Shown here in pieces: positions 37,270 through 47,111 of a stretch of 56,204 nucleotides of DNA. This DNA is from an uncultured Candidatus Actinomarina sp. Its GTDB lineage: Bacteria > Actinomycetota > Acidimicrobiia > Actinomarinales > Actinomarinaceae. Each line of letters starts with the position of its first letter. Position 1 is the stretch's first letter. The stretch covers positions 1-56,204 of the forward strand of contig CACPJC010000006.1 in assembly GCA_902634185.1 (NCBI GenBank), read 5' to 3'. The translations under genes and the position numbers were made by a program. The notes below the pieces were generated by a model. The model was not told the origin of the DNA. It made no database searches and saw only the letters and a program-made list of their open reading frames with translations.

Positions 37270-38049
37270 ATGATTTTAAAAGATAAAACCTTTGTAATTA
37301 CTGGCATATTGACTGATAAGAGCATAGCTTTTGCTGCTGCAAAAATTGCAATTGATAATGGTGCAAAAATTATTGCCACAGGTTTTGGAGACGGACTTCG
37401 CATAACAAAACGTGCTGTAAAAAGACTTGATGCTGAAATTGATGTATTAGAGATGGATATTGAAAATACTGTTCAAGTACAAGAAGTAGTAAATCAAATT
37501 AAAGATAAACACGAAAGCATAGATGGTGCTCTTCATGCAATTGCATTTTCTCCAACTGAGGCAATGGGTGGGAATTTTTTAAATACAAATGTTGAAGATG
37601 CAATTAAATCATTTGAAGTTTCAGCTTTTTCACTAAAAACTTTAACCAATGAATTTTTACCAATATTGAAAGAAGGGGCATCGATAGTAGCAGTCGATTT
37701 TGACAACTCTCAGGCATGGCCGGGTTATGACTGGCAGGGTGTTGCAAAGTCATCGTTACAATCGATTGTTAGATATCTTGCATTTTATGTTGGTAAAAAT
37801 AAGGTTAGGGTAAATGCAGTTGCCTCTGGTCCTCTTTCCACAACCGCAGCAAAAAATATTCCTGGATTTTCAGCAATGAATGATGAATGGAATGAAAGAG
37901 CACCTCTAGGGTGGGATACAAAAAATGCTGAACCAGTAGCTAAAGTCATTAATTTTTTATTATCAGATTACTCCGAAGCCATTACTGGTGAGATAATCCA
38001 TGTTGATGGTGGAGCTCATGCTATTGGTGGCTCTATGTTGCCTGATTAA
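37270..38049 (+). CDS. fabI: Enoyl-ACP reductase (FabI/InhA type)
   Basis: GILTDKSIAF, HAIAF, WPGYDWQGVAK, GEIIHVDGG. Confidence 0.93.
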   Translation: MILKDKTFVITGILTDKSIAFAAAKIAIDNGAKIIATGFGDGLRITKRAVKRLDAEIDVLEMDIENTVQVQEVVNQIKDKHESIDGALHAIAFSPTEAMGGNFLNTNVEDAIKSFEVSAFSLKTLTNEFLPILKEGASIVAVDFDNSQAWPGYDWQGVAKSSLQSIVRYLAFYVGKNKVRVNAVASGPLSTTAAKNIPGFSAMNDEWNERAPLGWDTKNAEPVAKVINFLLSDYSEAITGEIIHVDGGAHAIGGSMLPD

Positions 38050-38052
38050 TTT

Positions 38053-39291
38053 TTATTGTTTACTGAATATTAAAACAGCATTATGACCACCAAAACCAAA
38101 TGAATTAGACATTGCATGGTCTATATTTTTTTCTATTGAATGATTAGCTGTGTAATTTAAATCACAATCCTCATCTGAATCATTTAGATTTATTGTTGGA
38201 GGAATGAGACTATTCTTCATTGATAATAATGATGCCATTGCCTCAAAAGCTCCGCCTCCTCCAAGTAAGTGTCCTGTCATTGATTTGGTCGAAGAGATAT
38301 TAACTTCATATGCGTAGTCGTTCATAAGTGATTTAATCGCAAGTGTTTCATTTAAATCATTAGCTGGCGTTGATGTTCCGTGTGCGTTGATATAATCAAT
38401 CTTTTCCTTGCTAATATCAGCGTTTGAGATTGCCTGTTCCATTGCTCTTAAAGCACCAACTCCACCCTCTGACGGAGCAGTTATATGGTACGCATCTGTT
38501 GAGGATCCATATCCAGAGATATATCCGTAAATTTTTGCATCCCTATCTTTTGCTGAACTTTCACTTTCGAGTATTAAAACTGTAGATCCTTCTGCCATAA
38601 CAAATCCATCTCTATTTTTATCAAAAGGTTTACATGCTTTTTGAGGCTCATCATTCTGTTTGGAAAGTGCTTTTATTTGTGCAAAAGCTCCTATTGTCAT
38701 TGAAGTTGTACCAGATTCTGTTCCTCCAACAAGAACTTTGTCAACAATGTTTTGTTCAATCATCCTCTTAGCTTCTCCAATTGCATTTGCAGAAGCTGCG
38801 CAAGCAGTTGTAATCGTTAACGAAGGACCTTGTATTCCGTATTTAATTGCAACTTGACCTGTACTTGAATTGGGCATTAATTGTGTAATTGCTAGGGGGC
38901 TTATTCTTGTTGATCCTCTTTCATCGTAAACTCTAACGGCATCTTCCGTTGCTCCTATTCCACCAATGCCAGTCCCAAATACAATACCAAAATCTTCACC
39001 AAGCGGTTTACTTAAATCAAATCCAGCATCTTGAATTGCCTCTTCTGCAGCAAAAATAGATAAATGGCCAGACCGATCCAGCTTTCTTGCATTTTGTTTT
39101 CCCATATATTCATTTGCATCAAAGTTTTTAACTTCTCCTGCAAACGTCACAGGTAAATCAGAAGCATCAAATAAAGTAATGTGATCTATTCCAGAAACTC
39201 CACTAGTTAAGTTATTCCACGTATCAATTACATTGTTTCCAAGTGGATTAATTGTTCCAAGACCTGTTACAACCACTCGTTGTTTTGTCAT
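38053..39291 (-). CDS. fabF: Beta-ketoacyl-ACP synthase II
   Basis: TACAAS, NAHGTST, KSMTGHLLG, SNSFGFGGHN. Confidence 0.96.
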   Translation of the reverse strand: MTKQRVVVTGLGTINPLGNNVIDTWNNLTSGVSGIDHITLFDASDLPVTFAGEVKNFDANEYMGKQNARKLDRSGHLSIFAAEEAIQDAGFDLSKPLGEDFGIVFGTGIGGIGATEDAVRVYDERGSTRISPLAITQLMPNSSTGQVAIKYGIQGPSLTITTACAASANAIGEAKRMIEQNIVDKVLVGGTESGTTSMTIGAFAQIKALSKQNDEPQKACKPFDKNRDGFVMAEGSTVLILESESSAKDRDAKIYGYISGYGSSTDAYHITAPSEGGVGALRAMEQAISNADISKEKIDYINAHGTSTPANDLNETLAIKSLMNDYAYEVNISSTKSMTGHLLGGGGAFEAMASLLSMKNSLIPPTINLNDSDEDCDLNYTANHSIEKNIDHAMSNSFGFGGHNAVLIFSKQ

Positions 39292-39294
39292 GGT

Positions 39295-39534
39295 TTAAAG
39301 TTTTGAGTGCAACAAGTTTACTGCTTGACCAACAGTCCCAACATCTGTGAGCTCTTCGTCGTCAATTTCAATCTCAAACTCATCTTCAAATGCCATTACA
39401 ACTTCAACGATGCCTAGTGAGTCAATTTCTAGATCCTCTTCTAATTTTGCATCCATATTGATTTTTTCAGAATCGATACCTAATTCTTCTTCAAAAAGGG
39501 TTTTTACCTTCTCAAAAACTTCATTTACTTCCAT
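39295..39534 (-). CDS. acpP: Acyl carrier protein
   Basis: DLEIDSL phosphopantetheine motif; ATG 39534 follows a GGGAG RBS. Confidence 0.95.
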   Translation of the reverse strand: MEVNEVFEKVKTLFEEELGIDSEKINMDAKLEEDLEIDSLGIVEVVMAFEDEFEIEIDDEELTDVGTVGQAVNLLHSKL

Positions 39535-39545
39535 ATTTACTCCCA

Positions 39546-40274
39546 CTAAGTTGTAAGTCCACCATCTATAGGTATTACTTGCCCTGTTATATATTCTGAC
39601 TCATCTTTGCATAAAAAAGATACCATGTTTGCAATATCTTCTGGCATACCCATGCGTTTTATTGAAAGTTGTTCTATAATATTTTCTTTCTTTTCATCAT
39701 TAATAAATGATGTCATGTCTGTTTCTATATATCCTGGGGCTACAACATTAGACGTAATATTTCTGCTACCTACTTCTTTACTAATTGATTTTGATAACCC
39801 AATCAAACCTGCCTTTGACGCAGCATAATTTGCTTGGCCTTGATTACCAGATATCCCCACAACAGAAGATATAAAAATTAACCTTCCCCATTTGTTTTTA
39901 ATCATTTTTTTTATGGCTCTTTGAGATGTATAGAAATTGCCAGTTAGGTTAGTTTGAATAACATCATTCCACTCATCATCCTTCATTCTTGGTAATATAT
40001 TGTCTTTTGTAATTCCTGCATTATTTACCAAAATATCAACATTTTTATATGTTTTTTCTATTAAGTTAAACGCCTCATCAACTGAATTTCTATCTGCAAT
40101 ATTTAATTGAACAGCAAGACTTTCACCACCTAATTTTTTTATTTCTTCTACGACTTCTTCAGCCTTATCTTTAGAATTTCCGAATCCTACAATAACTTGA
40201 TAATCTTTTCCAAGCTCCAAAGCTATAGATTTTCCAATACCTCTTGAAGCACCTGTTACAAAAACTGTTTTCAT
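39546..40274 (-). CDS. fabG: 3-oxoacyl-ACP reductase
   Basis: TGASRGIG, NNAGIT, YAASKAG, PGYIETDM. Confidence 0.95.
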   Translation of the reverse strand: MKTVFVTGASRGIGKSIALELGKDYQVIVGFGNSKDKAEEVVEEIKKLGGESLAVQLNIADRNSVDEAFNLIEKTYKNVDILVNNAGITKDNILPRMKDDEWNDVIQTNLTGNFYTSQRAIKKMIKNKWGRLIFISSVVGISGNQGQANYAASKAGLIGLSKSISKEVGSRNITSNVVAPGYIETDMTSFINDEKKENIIEQLSIKRMGMPEDIANMVSFLCKDESEYITGQVIPIDGGLTT

Positions 40275-41365
40275 ATTTTGTCTAATTTATCTGGAACTTG
40301 ATACTCAATTGCTCTTTTAATTGTGTCGGTTGCAGTTCCATCAAAATCTGGAAGTTTTGCATCTGATTTGTTTATTGGAGTTACACGATCTCCTAATCGA
40401 ACCGCACAAGCTCCCCAGGCAAGACCAGCTCCGACGGCCGTAAAGACTGCAATTTCTCCACCTTTTATCTCACCCTCTTCAAGAGCATCTACAAATGCTG
40501 TTGGTATAGAGGCTGCCGAGGTATTTCCGTATCGATGAACTTTTTTGATAGTAGTTGCATTAGGAAGTCCAAGTTTTTTCTCAAGTGCTTCAACTATCCT
40601 AATATTTGCTTGATGTGGAATAAAAATGTCTACGTCTTCTTTTGACAATCCTGATTTTTCAATAGCTTCTGCTGATGCTTGTGCCATTGCTCTAACACCA
40701 GATTTAAATATTTCCTGTCCATCGAAAGTCCAACGCACTCTGGCTGCTTCGTCAGGATTAAACCTATCCATTGCTGAACCAAAATTAGGAATTTCTAAGA
40801 TTTCTAAATTGTCCGAACTTAAGCCATTTGAGAAAGAATATATTTCACCATCTGATTTATTTTTACTTTCTTCAATAACCACTGCTCCTGCACCATCACC
40901 AAAAAGCACTGCGGTATTTCTATCAGACCAATCAAGCAACCAAGTAATATGCTCTGCCCCTATTACCAAAGCTCTTTTATAAAGACTACTTTCAACGAAT
41001 GCTTTTCCTTGCTCAAGTGCATATAGAAAACCTGCACAAGCAGCATTTACGTCATAAACAGAAGCATTTACAGCACCAAGTTTTTTTTGAACATGAGCTG
41101 CTGCAGAGGGAACAATGCTATCTGGAGTACATGTAGCCAAGATTACGACATCAATATCTTCTGGATTTAAACCTGCACAGGCTATTGCATGTTTACCAGC
41201 AATTTCAGCCATATCTGATGTGTTTACATGGCTAAATCTTCGTTCTTTTACACCTGTTCTTTGTTGAATCCACTCATCAGAAGTATCAACAAATTTTGAT
41301 AAATCATCGTTAGTCATAATGTTATCGGGCGTGCATTTACCCCAACCTGTTATTGCTGAATTCAA
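40271..41365 (-). CDS. fabH: Beta-ketoacyl-ACP synthase III
   Basis: AACAGF, FGDGAGA, PHQAN, GNTSAAS. Confidence 0.96.
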   Translation of the reverse strand: MNSAITGWGKCTPDNIMTNDDLSKFVDTSDEWIQQRTGVKERRFSHVNTSDMAEIAGKHAIACAGLNPEDIDVVILATCTPDSIVPSAAAHVQKKLGAVNASVYDVNAACAGFLYALEQGKAFVESSLYKRALVIGAEHITWLLDWSDRNTAVLFGDGAGAVVIEESKNKSDGEIYSFSNGLSSDNLEILEIPNFGSAMDRFNPDEAARVRWTFDGQEIFKSGVRAMAQASAEAIEKSGLSKEDVDIFIPHQANIRIVEALEKKLGLPNATTIKKVHRYGNTSAASIPTAFVDALEEGEIKGGEIAVFTAVGAGLAWGACAVRLGDRVTPINKSDAKLPDFDGTATDTIKRAIEYQVPDKLDKI

Positions 41366-41374
41366 AATTTCCCC

Positions 41375-42280
41375 TTACTTTGATGATTCTAAAGAGTTTA
41401 TTACCTTTAAATCCTTATATGATATAGACTTTCGGACCATTCCAGCAGTTACATTACCAGGGCCGATATGACACCATAAATCTGGATCTATATCATTGTT
41501 AACAAACTCAATTTGTTGGTTAAATAAAACTGAATTATCTATTTGATTCACAAGATTTTCTTTCAAAGTTGATACTTCAACTTTTTTTGCATCAACGTTC
41601 ATATATACAGGAATCTTTCCTTCAGAGATATCAATTGAATTTAATGTATCCTCAAGTGGTTTTTTTGCAGAGCTTACAATTTCAGTATGAAATGCTCCTG
41701 CTACTTCGAGTGGAATTACTCTTTTTGCGCCGAGTGCTTTTGGGTTAGACTTTAAGTAGTTCATGTCATCAATGTATGAACTAATAACTATTTGTGAAGG
41801 ATCATTGAAGTTTGATATCCATATTTGAATTCCTTGATTATTTAATTTTTCTATTTCTTCAATTGTTGCTTCCAAATCACCTGTTAAAACAGCTGCCATA
41901 GTTGTATTGGAATTTTCTACAGCTTTATGCATCTCCTCGCCTCTTACTGCTATTACTTTTAATGCATCTTTATAATCTAAATATCCTGATAGACATAAAG
42001 CTGTATATTCCCCTAAAGAATGTCCGATAAGCGCAGCAGGATTGCCTAAATTATTAATTGCTTCAATTCCGTAACAATAAGAGACTGAGAATATATAAGG
42101 TTGAGCAATATTTGTTTTTTTAATTATCTCAGGATCTTCTGAATTTATAATATCTTTTAGGCTCCATCCTAAAGTTTCTTCGAAAGTATTTATTAATAGA
42201 TCGTCATACGTTTCAAGCAGCTCACTACCCATTCCTATTTCTTGAGAGCCTTGACCTGGAAACATTCCGACCCACTGCAT
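41375..42280 (-). CDS. fabD: Malonyl-CoA:ACP transacylase
   Basis: FPGQGSQ, GHSLGE, GAFH. Confidence 0.95.
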   Translation of the reverse strand: MQWVGMFPGQGSQEIGMGSELLETYDDLLINTFEETLGWSLKDIINSEDPEIIKKTNIAQPYIFSVSYCYGIEAINNLGNPAALIGHSLGEYTALCLSGYLDYKDALKVIAVRGEEMHKAVENSNTTMAAVLTGDLEATIEEIEKLNNQGIQIWISNFNDPSQIVISSYIDDMNYLKSNPKALGAKRVIPLEVAGAFHTEIVSSAKKPLEDTLNSIDISEGKIPVYMNVDAKKVEVSTLKENLVNQIDNSVLFNQQIEFVNNDIDPDLWCHIGPGNVTAGMVRKSISYKDLKVINSLESSK

Positions 42281-42282
42281 GA

Positions 42283-42660
42283 CTAATTATCCTTTTCTGA
42301 GATAGCAAATGCTATTGCATTTTCATTCTCATGTGAAAGTGATATATGAATATTTGTAATATTTTTTTCTTTTACAGTAGCTGATGCTCTACCAAAGGTG
42401 TTAATTGTTGGCTTACCTCCACCCGTAACTTCTATTTCTTTCCAACTTATTTCTCTCCATCCTTTTCCTAAAGATTTCATAACAGCTTCTTTTGCTGCAA
42501 ACCTTGCCCCTAGTCTTTTTGATGGATCTGAAAATCTTTTTGCATATTTAATTTCTTGTTCAGTAAAACATCTTTTCAAGAATTTATCTTCAGATTTATT
42601 CAATAATCTTTTTACTCTTTTGAGATCAACTTGGTCTACTCCAATGCCATAAATACTCAT
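42283..42660 (-). CDS. acpS: Holo-ACP synthase
   Basis: GIGVD, RFAAKEAVMKSLG, ISLSH. Confidence 0.96.
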   Translation of the reverse strand: MSIYGIGVDQVDLKRVKRLLNKSEDKFLKRCFTEQEIKYAKRFSDPSKRLGARFAAKEAVMKSLGKGWREISWKEIEVTGGGKPTINTFGRASATVKEKNITNIHISLSHENENAIAFAISEKDN

Positions 42661-42662
42661 AC

Positions 42663-44351
42663 CTATCCTATTTCAACCAATATATCGCCCTTATTTACAG
42701 GCTGTCCTTTTTTTATATTAAATTCTTTAATAACTCCACCAATTGGTGCAGTAACAACATTTTCCATTTTCATAGCTTCTAAAACAAACAAGGAATCTCC
42801 TTTTTTTACTTTTTTCCCTTTCTTTGTCATCGTATCCATAATTGTTCCTTGCATATCTGCTTTGATAATCCCAGGATTACTTATATTGCCGGTTAGATCC
42901 ATACCAATTTTTTTAGGTCTCTGGGGTGCCAGTGATTGACTTTCATTATCGTCAAGAGAAATATTAACCTTACTTGGTCTATCACTAATTGTTTCTTCTT
43001 CAGAAATATCTTTGATTTTAAAATTTTCTTCCAAGAATTTTACATGTATCTGACTTTCTTTAAATTCTTTTGTAGATATCACTTGTGAAAGTAAAGAAAT
43101 TGTCGTTGGTATCCCACCAATTATGTATTCATCTAAGCATCTTTTTCCTTTAGAGATAGCTTCTTCTCTAGACACTCCCCAAACAACTAATTTAGAAATT
43201 AGATTGTCATAAAAATGTGATATTGACGTACCGGTTTTTACCCACCCATCAACCCTTACACCATTCCCCATTGGTTCTCTGTATTCGGTAATTGTTCCAG
43301 GTGTAGGTAAAAAGTTATTGGCAGGATCTTCTGCGTTTATTCTAAACTCTATGCTGTGTCCTCTTGCTTCTGTTTCAAAATCTTCTAAAGAATTACCAAG
43401 CGCTATTTTTATTTGTTCTTTAACTAGGTCAATTCCATATCTCATTTCTGTTACCGTATGCTCAACTTGCAATCTTGTATTCATTTCTAAAAAATAAAAG
43501 TTTTCGTCATTATCAGCTAAAAATTCTACTGTACCTGCATTAACGTAATTTGAAGACTTAGCAATCATGAGTGTTGCTTTTTTTAACTCTTCTTTTCCAA
43601 ATTCAGACAACCATACAGGAGGACTTTCTTCTATTAGTTTTTGGTTCCTTCTTTGCAATGAACAATCTCTTTCACCGAGATAAACATGATTTCCATATTT
43701 ATCACTTAATATTTGAGTTTCCACATGTCTTGCCGGTTTTATAAATTTTTCAACATAAATTTGATCTGATCCAAAATATGCTTCGCTTTCACGTTTTACA
43801 ATCTCATAATTTTGATCTAATTCTTCCTCATTATTTACAATTCTTAAACCTTTTCCTCCACCTCCATGAGCTGCTTTTAGCGCAACTGGGTAGCCAAAGT
43901 TATTGGCATCTTTCATTGCTTCTCTTTTTGTTCTGGATGGTTTCAATTGACCAGGGACAGGCATTAAGCCAGCTTTAGAAATTAATTTTCTTGATTCAAT
44001 TTTGTCTCCCATAGATTTGATTGTTTCTGGATTTGGACCAATCCAAATCACATCTTTCTTTTGAACTGCTTTTGCAAAATCAGCATTTTCGGCCAAAAAA
44101 CCATACCCTGGATGAACCATGTCTGCTTTTGTCTCAATTACAGCTTTCATTAAATTTTTTAAGTTTCTATAGCTATCAGCAGGAAGTGAACCTCCTAAGT
44201 AAAATGATTCATCAGCACGTTTTACATGCAAAGAATCAGCATCAACATCTGAATAAACAGCAATTGCGTGCATGTCCATTTCTTTAACCGATCTGATTAT
44301 TCTTAATGCAATCTCACCACGATTTGCAATTAGTACTCTTTTTTTAGTCAT
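42663..44351 (-). CDS. Acyl-CoA carboxylase alpha chain (biotin carboxylase fused to BCCP)
   Basis: ANRGEIA, HPGYGFLAEN, EMNTRLQVEH, C-terminal EAMKM. Confidence 0.95.
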   Translation of the reverse strand: MTKKRVLIANRGEIALRIIRSVKEMDMHAIAVYSDVDADSLHVKRADESFYLGGSLPADSYRNLKNLMKAVIETKADMVHPGYGFLAENADFAKAVQKKDVIWIGPNPETIKSMGDKIESRKLISKAGLMPVPGQLKPSRTKREAMKDANNFGYPVALKAAHGGGGKGLRIVNNEEELDQNYEIVKRESEAYFGSDQIYVEKFIKPARHVETQILSDKYGNHVYLGERDCSLQRRNQKLIEESPPVWLSEFGKEELKKATLMIAKSSNYVNAGTVEFLADNDENFYFLEMNTRLQVEHTVTEMRYGIDLVKEQIKIALGNSLEDFETEARGHSIEFRINAEDPANNFLPTPGTITEYREPMGNGVRVDGWVKTGTSISHFYDNLISKLVVWGVSREEAISKGKRCLDEYIIGGIPTTISLLSQVISTKEFKESQIHVKFLEENFKIKDISEEETISDRPSKVNISLDDNESQSLAPQRPKKIGMDLTGNISNPGIIKADMQGTIMDTMTKKGKKVKKGDSLFVLEAMKMENVVTAPIGGVIKEFNIKKGQPVNKGDILVEIG

Positions 44352-44357
44352 AAAAAT

Positions 44358-44897
44358 TTATTTTAACTTTTGAGCAATTCCAATTGCTAAACTTGCTTTA
44401 ATTAAATCTCCAAAAATAAATGGAACAACACCAATACCGATAGCTTCAACTACGGAAATGTTTAATGTAATCATCAAACCCAGAACTCCACATATATAAA
44501 TTGCTAGAGTTCCAGTAGCTATACCCACTGTTGGTTTTTGTGACATATTTCCTATTATTTGTGCAGCAATAAAAAAACCAATTATATAACCAATTGTTGG
44601 ACTTCTTAATATAGCTAAGCCAGCAACACTTCCTGAGAAAAAAGGAAAACCTGCTAGACCTGTAAATAAATATAAAATCATACTGAACGAACCAAACCTA
44701 CTTCCAAGAAGTAAGCCTGATAAAATAACGACAAAAGTCTGCGCAGTTATAGGTACAGGAGTAAATGGTAGTTCAAATCTTATCTGTGCACTAAGTGCAG
44801 TTAAAATCGCAAAACCAAAAGATAAAAATAAATTTCTTGTCAATGAGCCTTTTTCAACCCAAGCTATTGATATATTTTTAGAGGGGAATGTTTCCAT
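44358..44897 (-). CDS. bioY: Biotin transporter BioY
   Basis: PFTPVPITAQT, PTIGYIIGF, PFIFGDLIK. Confidence 0.94.
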   Translation of the reverse strand: METFPSKNISIAWVEKGSLTRNLFLSFGFAILTALSAQIRFELPFTPVPITAQTFVVILSGLLLGSRFGSFSMILYLFTGLAGFPFFSGSVAGLAILRSPTIGYIIGFFIAAQIIGNMSQKPTVGIATGTLAIYICGVLGLMITLNISVVEAIGIGVVPFIFGDLIKASLAIGIAQKLK

Positions 44898-46365
44898 GTT
44901 TGTCTCCTACATTTGTTTTATTTACAAGCTCTTTAAATGCTTCAGTAACAACTTTTCTAGTTTCACTTGGTTTTATTATTTTATCTACTAATCCAAGTTT
45001 TGCCGCAATGTCAGGATTACTGAACTTTTCATTGTATTCATCTACAAATTTTTGTTTTAGTTCTTCAGGATTATCACTATCTTTTAATTCTTTTCGATTA
45101 ATTACATCTACTGCACCCTCTGCACCCATTACTGCAATTTCTGCAGAAGGCCATGCAAAAAGTTTGTCTGCTCCTAAACCCATTGAATCCATAACTATAT
45201 AAGCCCCACCATATGCCTTACGTATTACTACACAGACTCTTGGAACAGTAGCTTCTGAGTATGCATATAAAAGTTTTGCCCCACTCCTAATAATTCCTCC
45301 ATGTTCTTGCTCTACACCTGGCAAAAATCCAGGCACATCAACAAGAGTTAGGAGAGGGATATTAAATGCATCACAAAATCTTACAAATCTTGATGCTTTA
45401 ATTGAGGAATTTATATCTAAAACTCCAGCAAGTTCCATTGGTTGATTTGCAACTACTCCAATTGTATTTCCGTTTATTCTTACAAATGAAGTAATGATAT
45501 TTAAAGCATAGTTTGCATGAATTGGATACTGCTCTCCATCATCGACAATATTGTTTATTACTTCATTCATATCATATGGTTGATTTCTATGTTCTGGTAT
45601 TAAGGATTCCAAGGAATCTACATTTCTTGACGGATCATCTTCAGTGATAAAATTTGGAGGCTTCTGATCTGATGATTGAGGAAAAAAACTAAGAAGGTAT
45701 CTTACCTCTTCAAAAGCTTGTTCCTCAGTTTCACAAACTTGATGACTCACTCCTGATTGAGTTCCATGAGCCTCAACACCGCCTAGTTCTTCATAAGTAA
45801 CTTCTTCACCGGTAACTGTTTTTACTACATTAGGGCCGGTCACATAAAGTTGTCCTATATCTTTTACTTGAAAAATAAAATCAGTTAATGCTGGACTGTA
45901 AACTGCCCCACCAGCTGATGGACCTACAATTACAGATATTTGTGGAATTTTTCCTGATGCTTCGACATTTTTTTTAAATATTTGTGCATATCCATATAAA
46001 GAAGAAATCCCTTCTTGAATTCTTGCCCCACCCGAATCTTTAATACCAACTACCGGAGCTTTTGCTTCCAAAGCGAGATCCATTATTCGTAAAATTTTCT
46101 TTGCAACTATTTCTCCAAGACTCCCGCCCATGACGGAAAAATCTTCGGAGAAAACAAAAACAGGCCTTCCATGAATTGTGCCAGATCCTGTAACTACTGC
46201 TTCACCTTCAGGATTTTCTTCTGAAACTACATTTTCATCTATTTCAGAAAACGAACCTTCGTCTAAAAGTAAATGAATCCTTTCATATGCGGTTAATTTT
46301 CCTTTTGGATGCTGAATTTTTTTTGCTTTTTCATTACGTACATCAGCTAAATTTTCTTCCGACAT
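44878..46365 (-). CDS. Acyl-CoA carboxylase beta chain (carboxyltransferase, AccD/PccB-like)
   Basis: GKLTAYERI, DSGGARIQEG, GGAVYSP, DVPGFLPG, KHGNIPL; start moved to ATG 46365 to avoid overlap with the divergent gene. Confidence 0.94.
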   Translation of the reverse strand: MSEENLADVRNEKAKKIQHPKGKLTAYERIHLLLDEGSFSEIDENVVSEENPEGEAVVTGSGTIHGRPVFVFSEDFSVMGGSLGEIVAKKILRIMDLALEAKAPVVGIKDSGGARIQEGISSLYGYAQIFKKNVEASGKIPQISVIVGPSAGGAVYSPALTDFIFQVKDIGQLYVTGPNVVKTVTGEEVTYEELGGVEAHGTQSGVSHQVCETEEQAFEEVRYLLSFFPQSSDQKPPNFITEDDPSRNVDSLESLIPEHRNQPYDMNEVINNIVDDGEQYPIHANYALNIITSFVRINGNTIGVVANQPMELAGVLDINSSIKASRFVRFCDAFNIPLLTLVDVPGFLPGVEQEHGGIIRSGAKLLYAYSEATVPRVCVVIRKAYGGAYIVMDSMGLGADKLFAWPSAEIAVMGAEGAVDVINRKELKDSDNPEELKQKFVDEYNEKFSNPDIAAKLGLVDKIIKPSETRKVVTEAFKELVNKTNVGDKHGNIPL

Positions 46366-46429
46366 GCCCAACTTTCTTATTATTATTAATCTATATATTT
46401 GACCTATATATATGTAAAGAAGTAACACT

Positions 46430-47086
46430 ATGAAATCTATTTTTTTTGATGAAGTTGATAACACTCAAGACTTTGCTATGAATGAATTTAAAGAAGATCC
46501 ACTCTTGATAGTGAGTAAAGCACAAACTTTTGGTCGTGGTACTAACCAAAATAAGTGGCAAAATGCTGATCAAAGTCTGGCTACTTCATTAGTGTTTAAT
46601 AAAAAAATTGTTAACTTTACTAAAACACTTATTCCACTTTTGGCTGGATACTCATATGTTTCTTTAATTAAAAATCAAAAACTCAAATTAAAATGGCCTA
46701 ACGACATAATTTTTAATGATGACAAAGTTGGTGGAGTCCTTGTAGAAGAAAGTAATGATCTTATTTGCATTGGTTTAGGAATAAATTATTTTTGGAAAAA
46801 TCCAAATTTACCTGGAGCTGGGGCAATATATGAAGAAAAACAAGATGATCGAAAAATTTTTCAAGATGCTGAGGAATGGGGAAGAACAATTCTAAACTAT
46901 ATCGAAAATGAAGATTTCAGTCTGGAAAACTATATGTCGAAACTCACTACCTTAGGGAAGCTCGTTGAATATCCTGAAGGGAGAGGGTGGGCTAAAGACA
47001 TAAATGATGATGGATCATTAATGATAGAAACACCATCAGGTGAACTATTAAATTTAACCTCTCCCTTAATAAGTGAAATAATATAG
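46430..47086 (+). CDS. birA: Biotin protein ligase (no DNA-binding domain)
   Basis: NTQD, QTFGRG, KWPND, KVGGVL. Confidence 0.88.
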   Translation: MKSIFFDEVDNTQDFAMNEFKEDPLLIVSKAQTFGRGTNQNKWQNADQSLATSLVFNKKIVNFTKTLIPLLAGYSYVSLIKNQKLKLKWPNDIIFNDDKVGGVLVEESNDLICIGLGINYFWKNPNLPGAGAIYEEKQDDRKIFQDAEEWGRTILNYIENEDFSLENYMSKLTTLGKLVEYPEGRGWAKDINDDGSLMIETPSGELLNLTSPLISEII

Positions 47087-47111
47087 TTATCATTAATTCT
47101 TGAGAGGTTAA

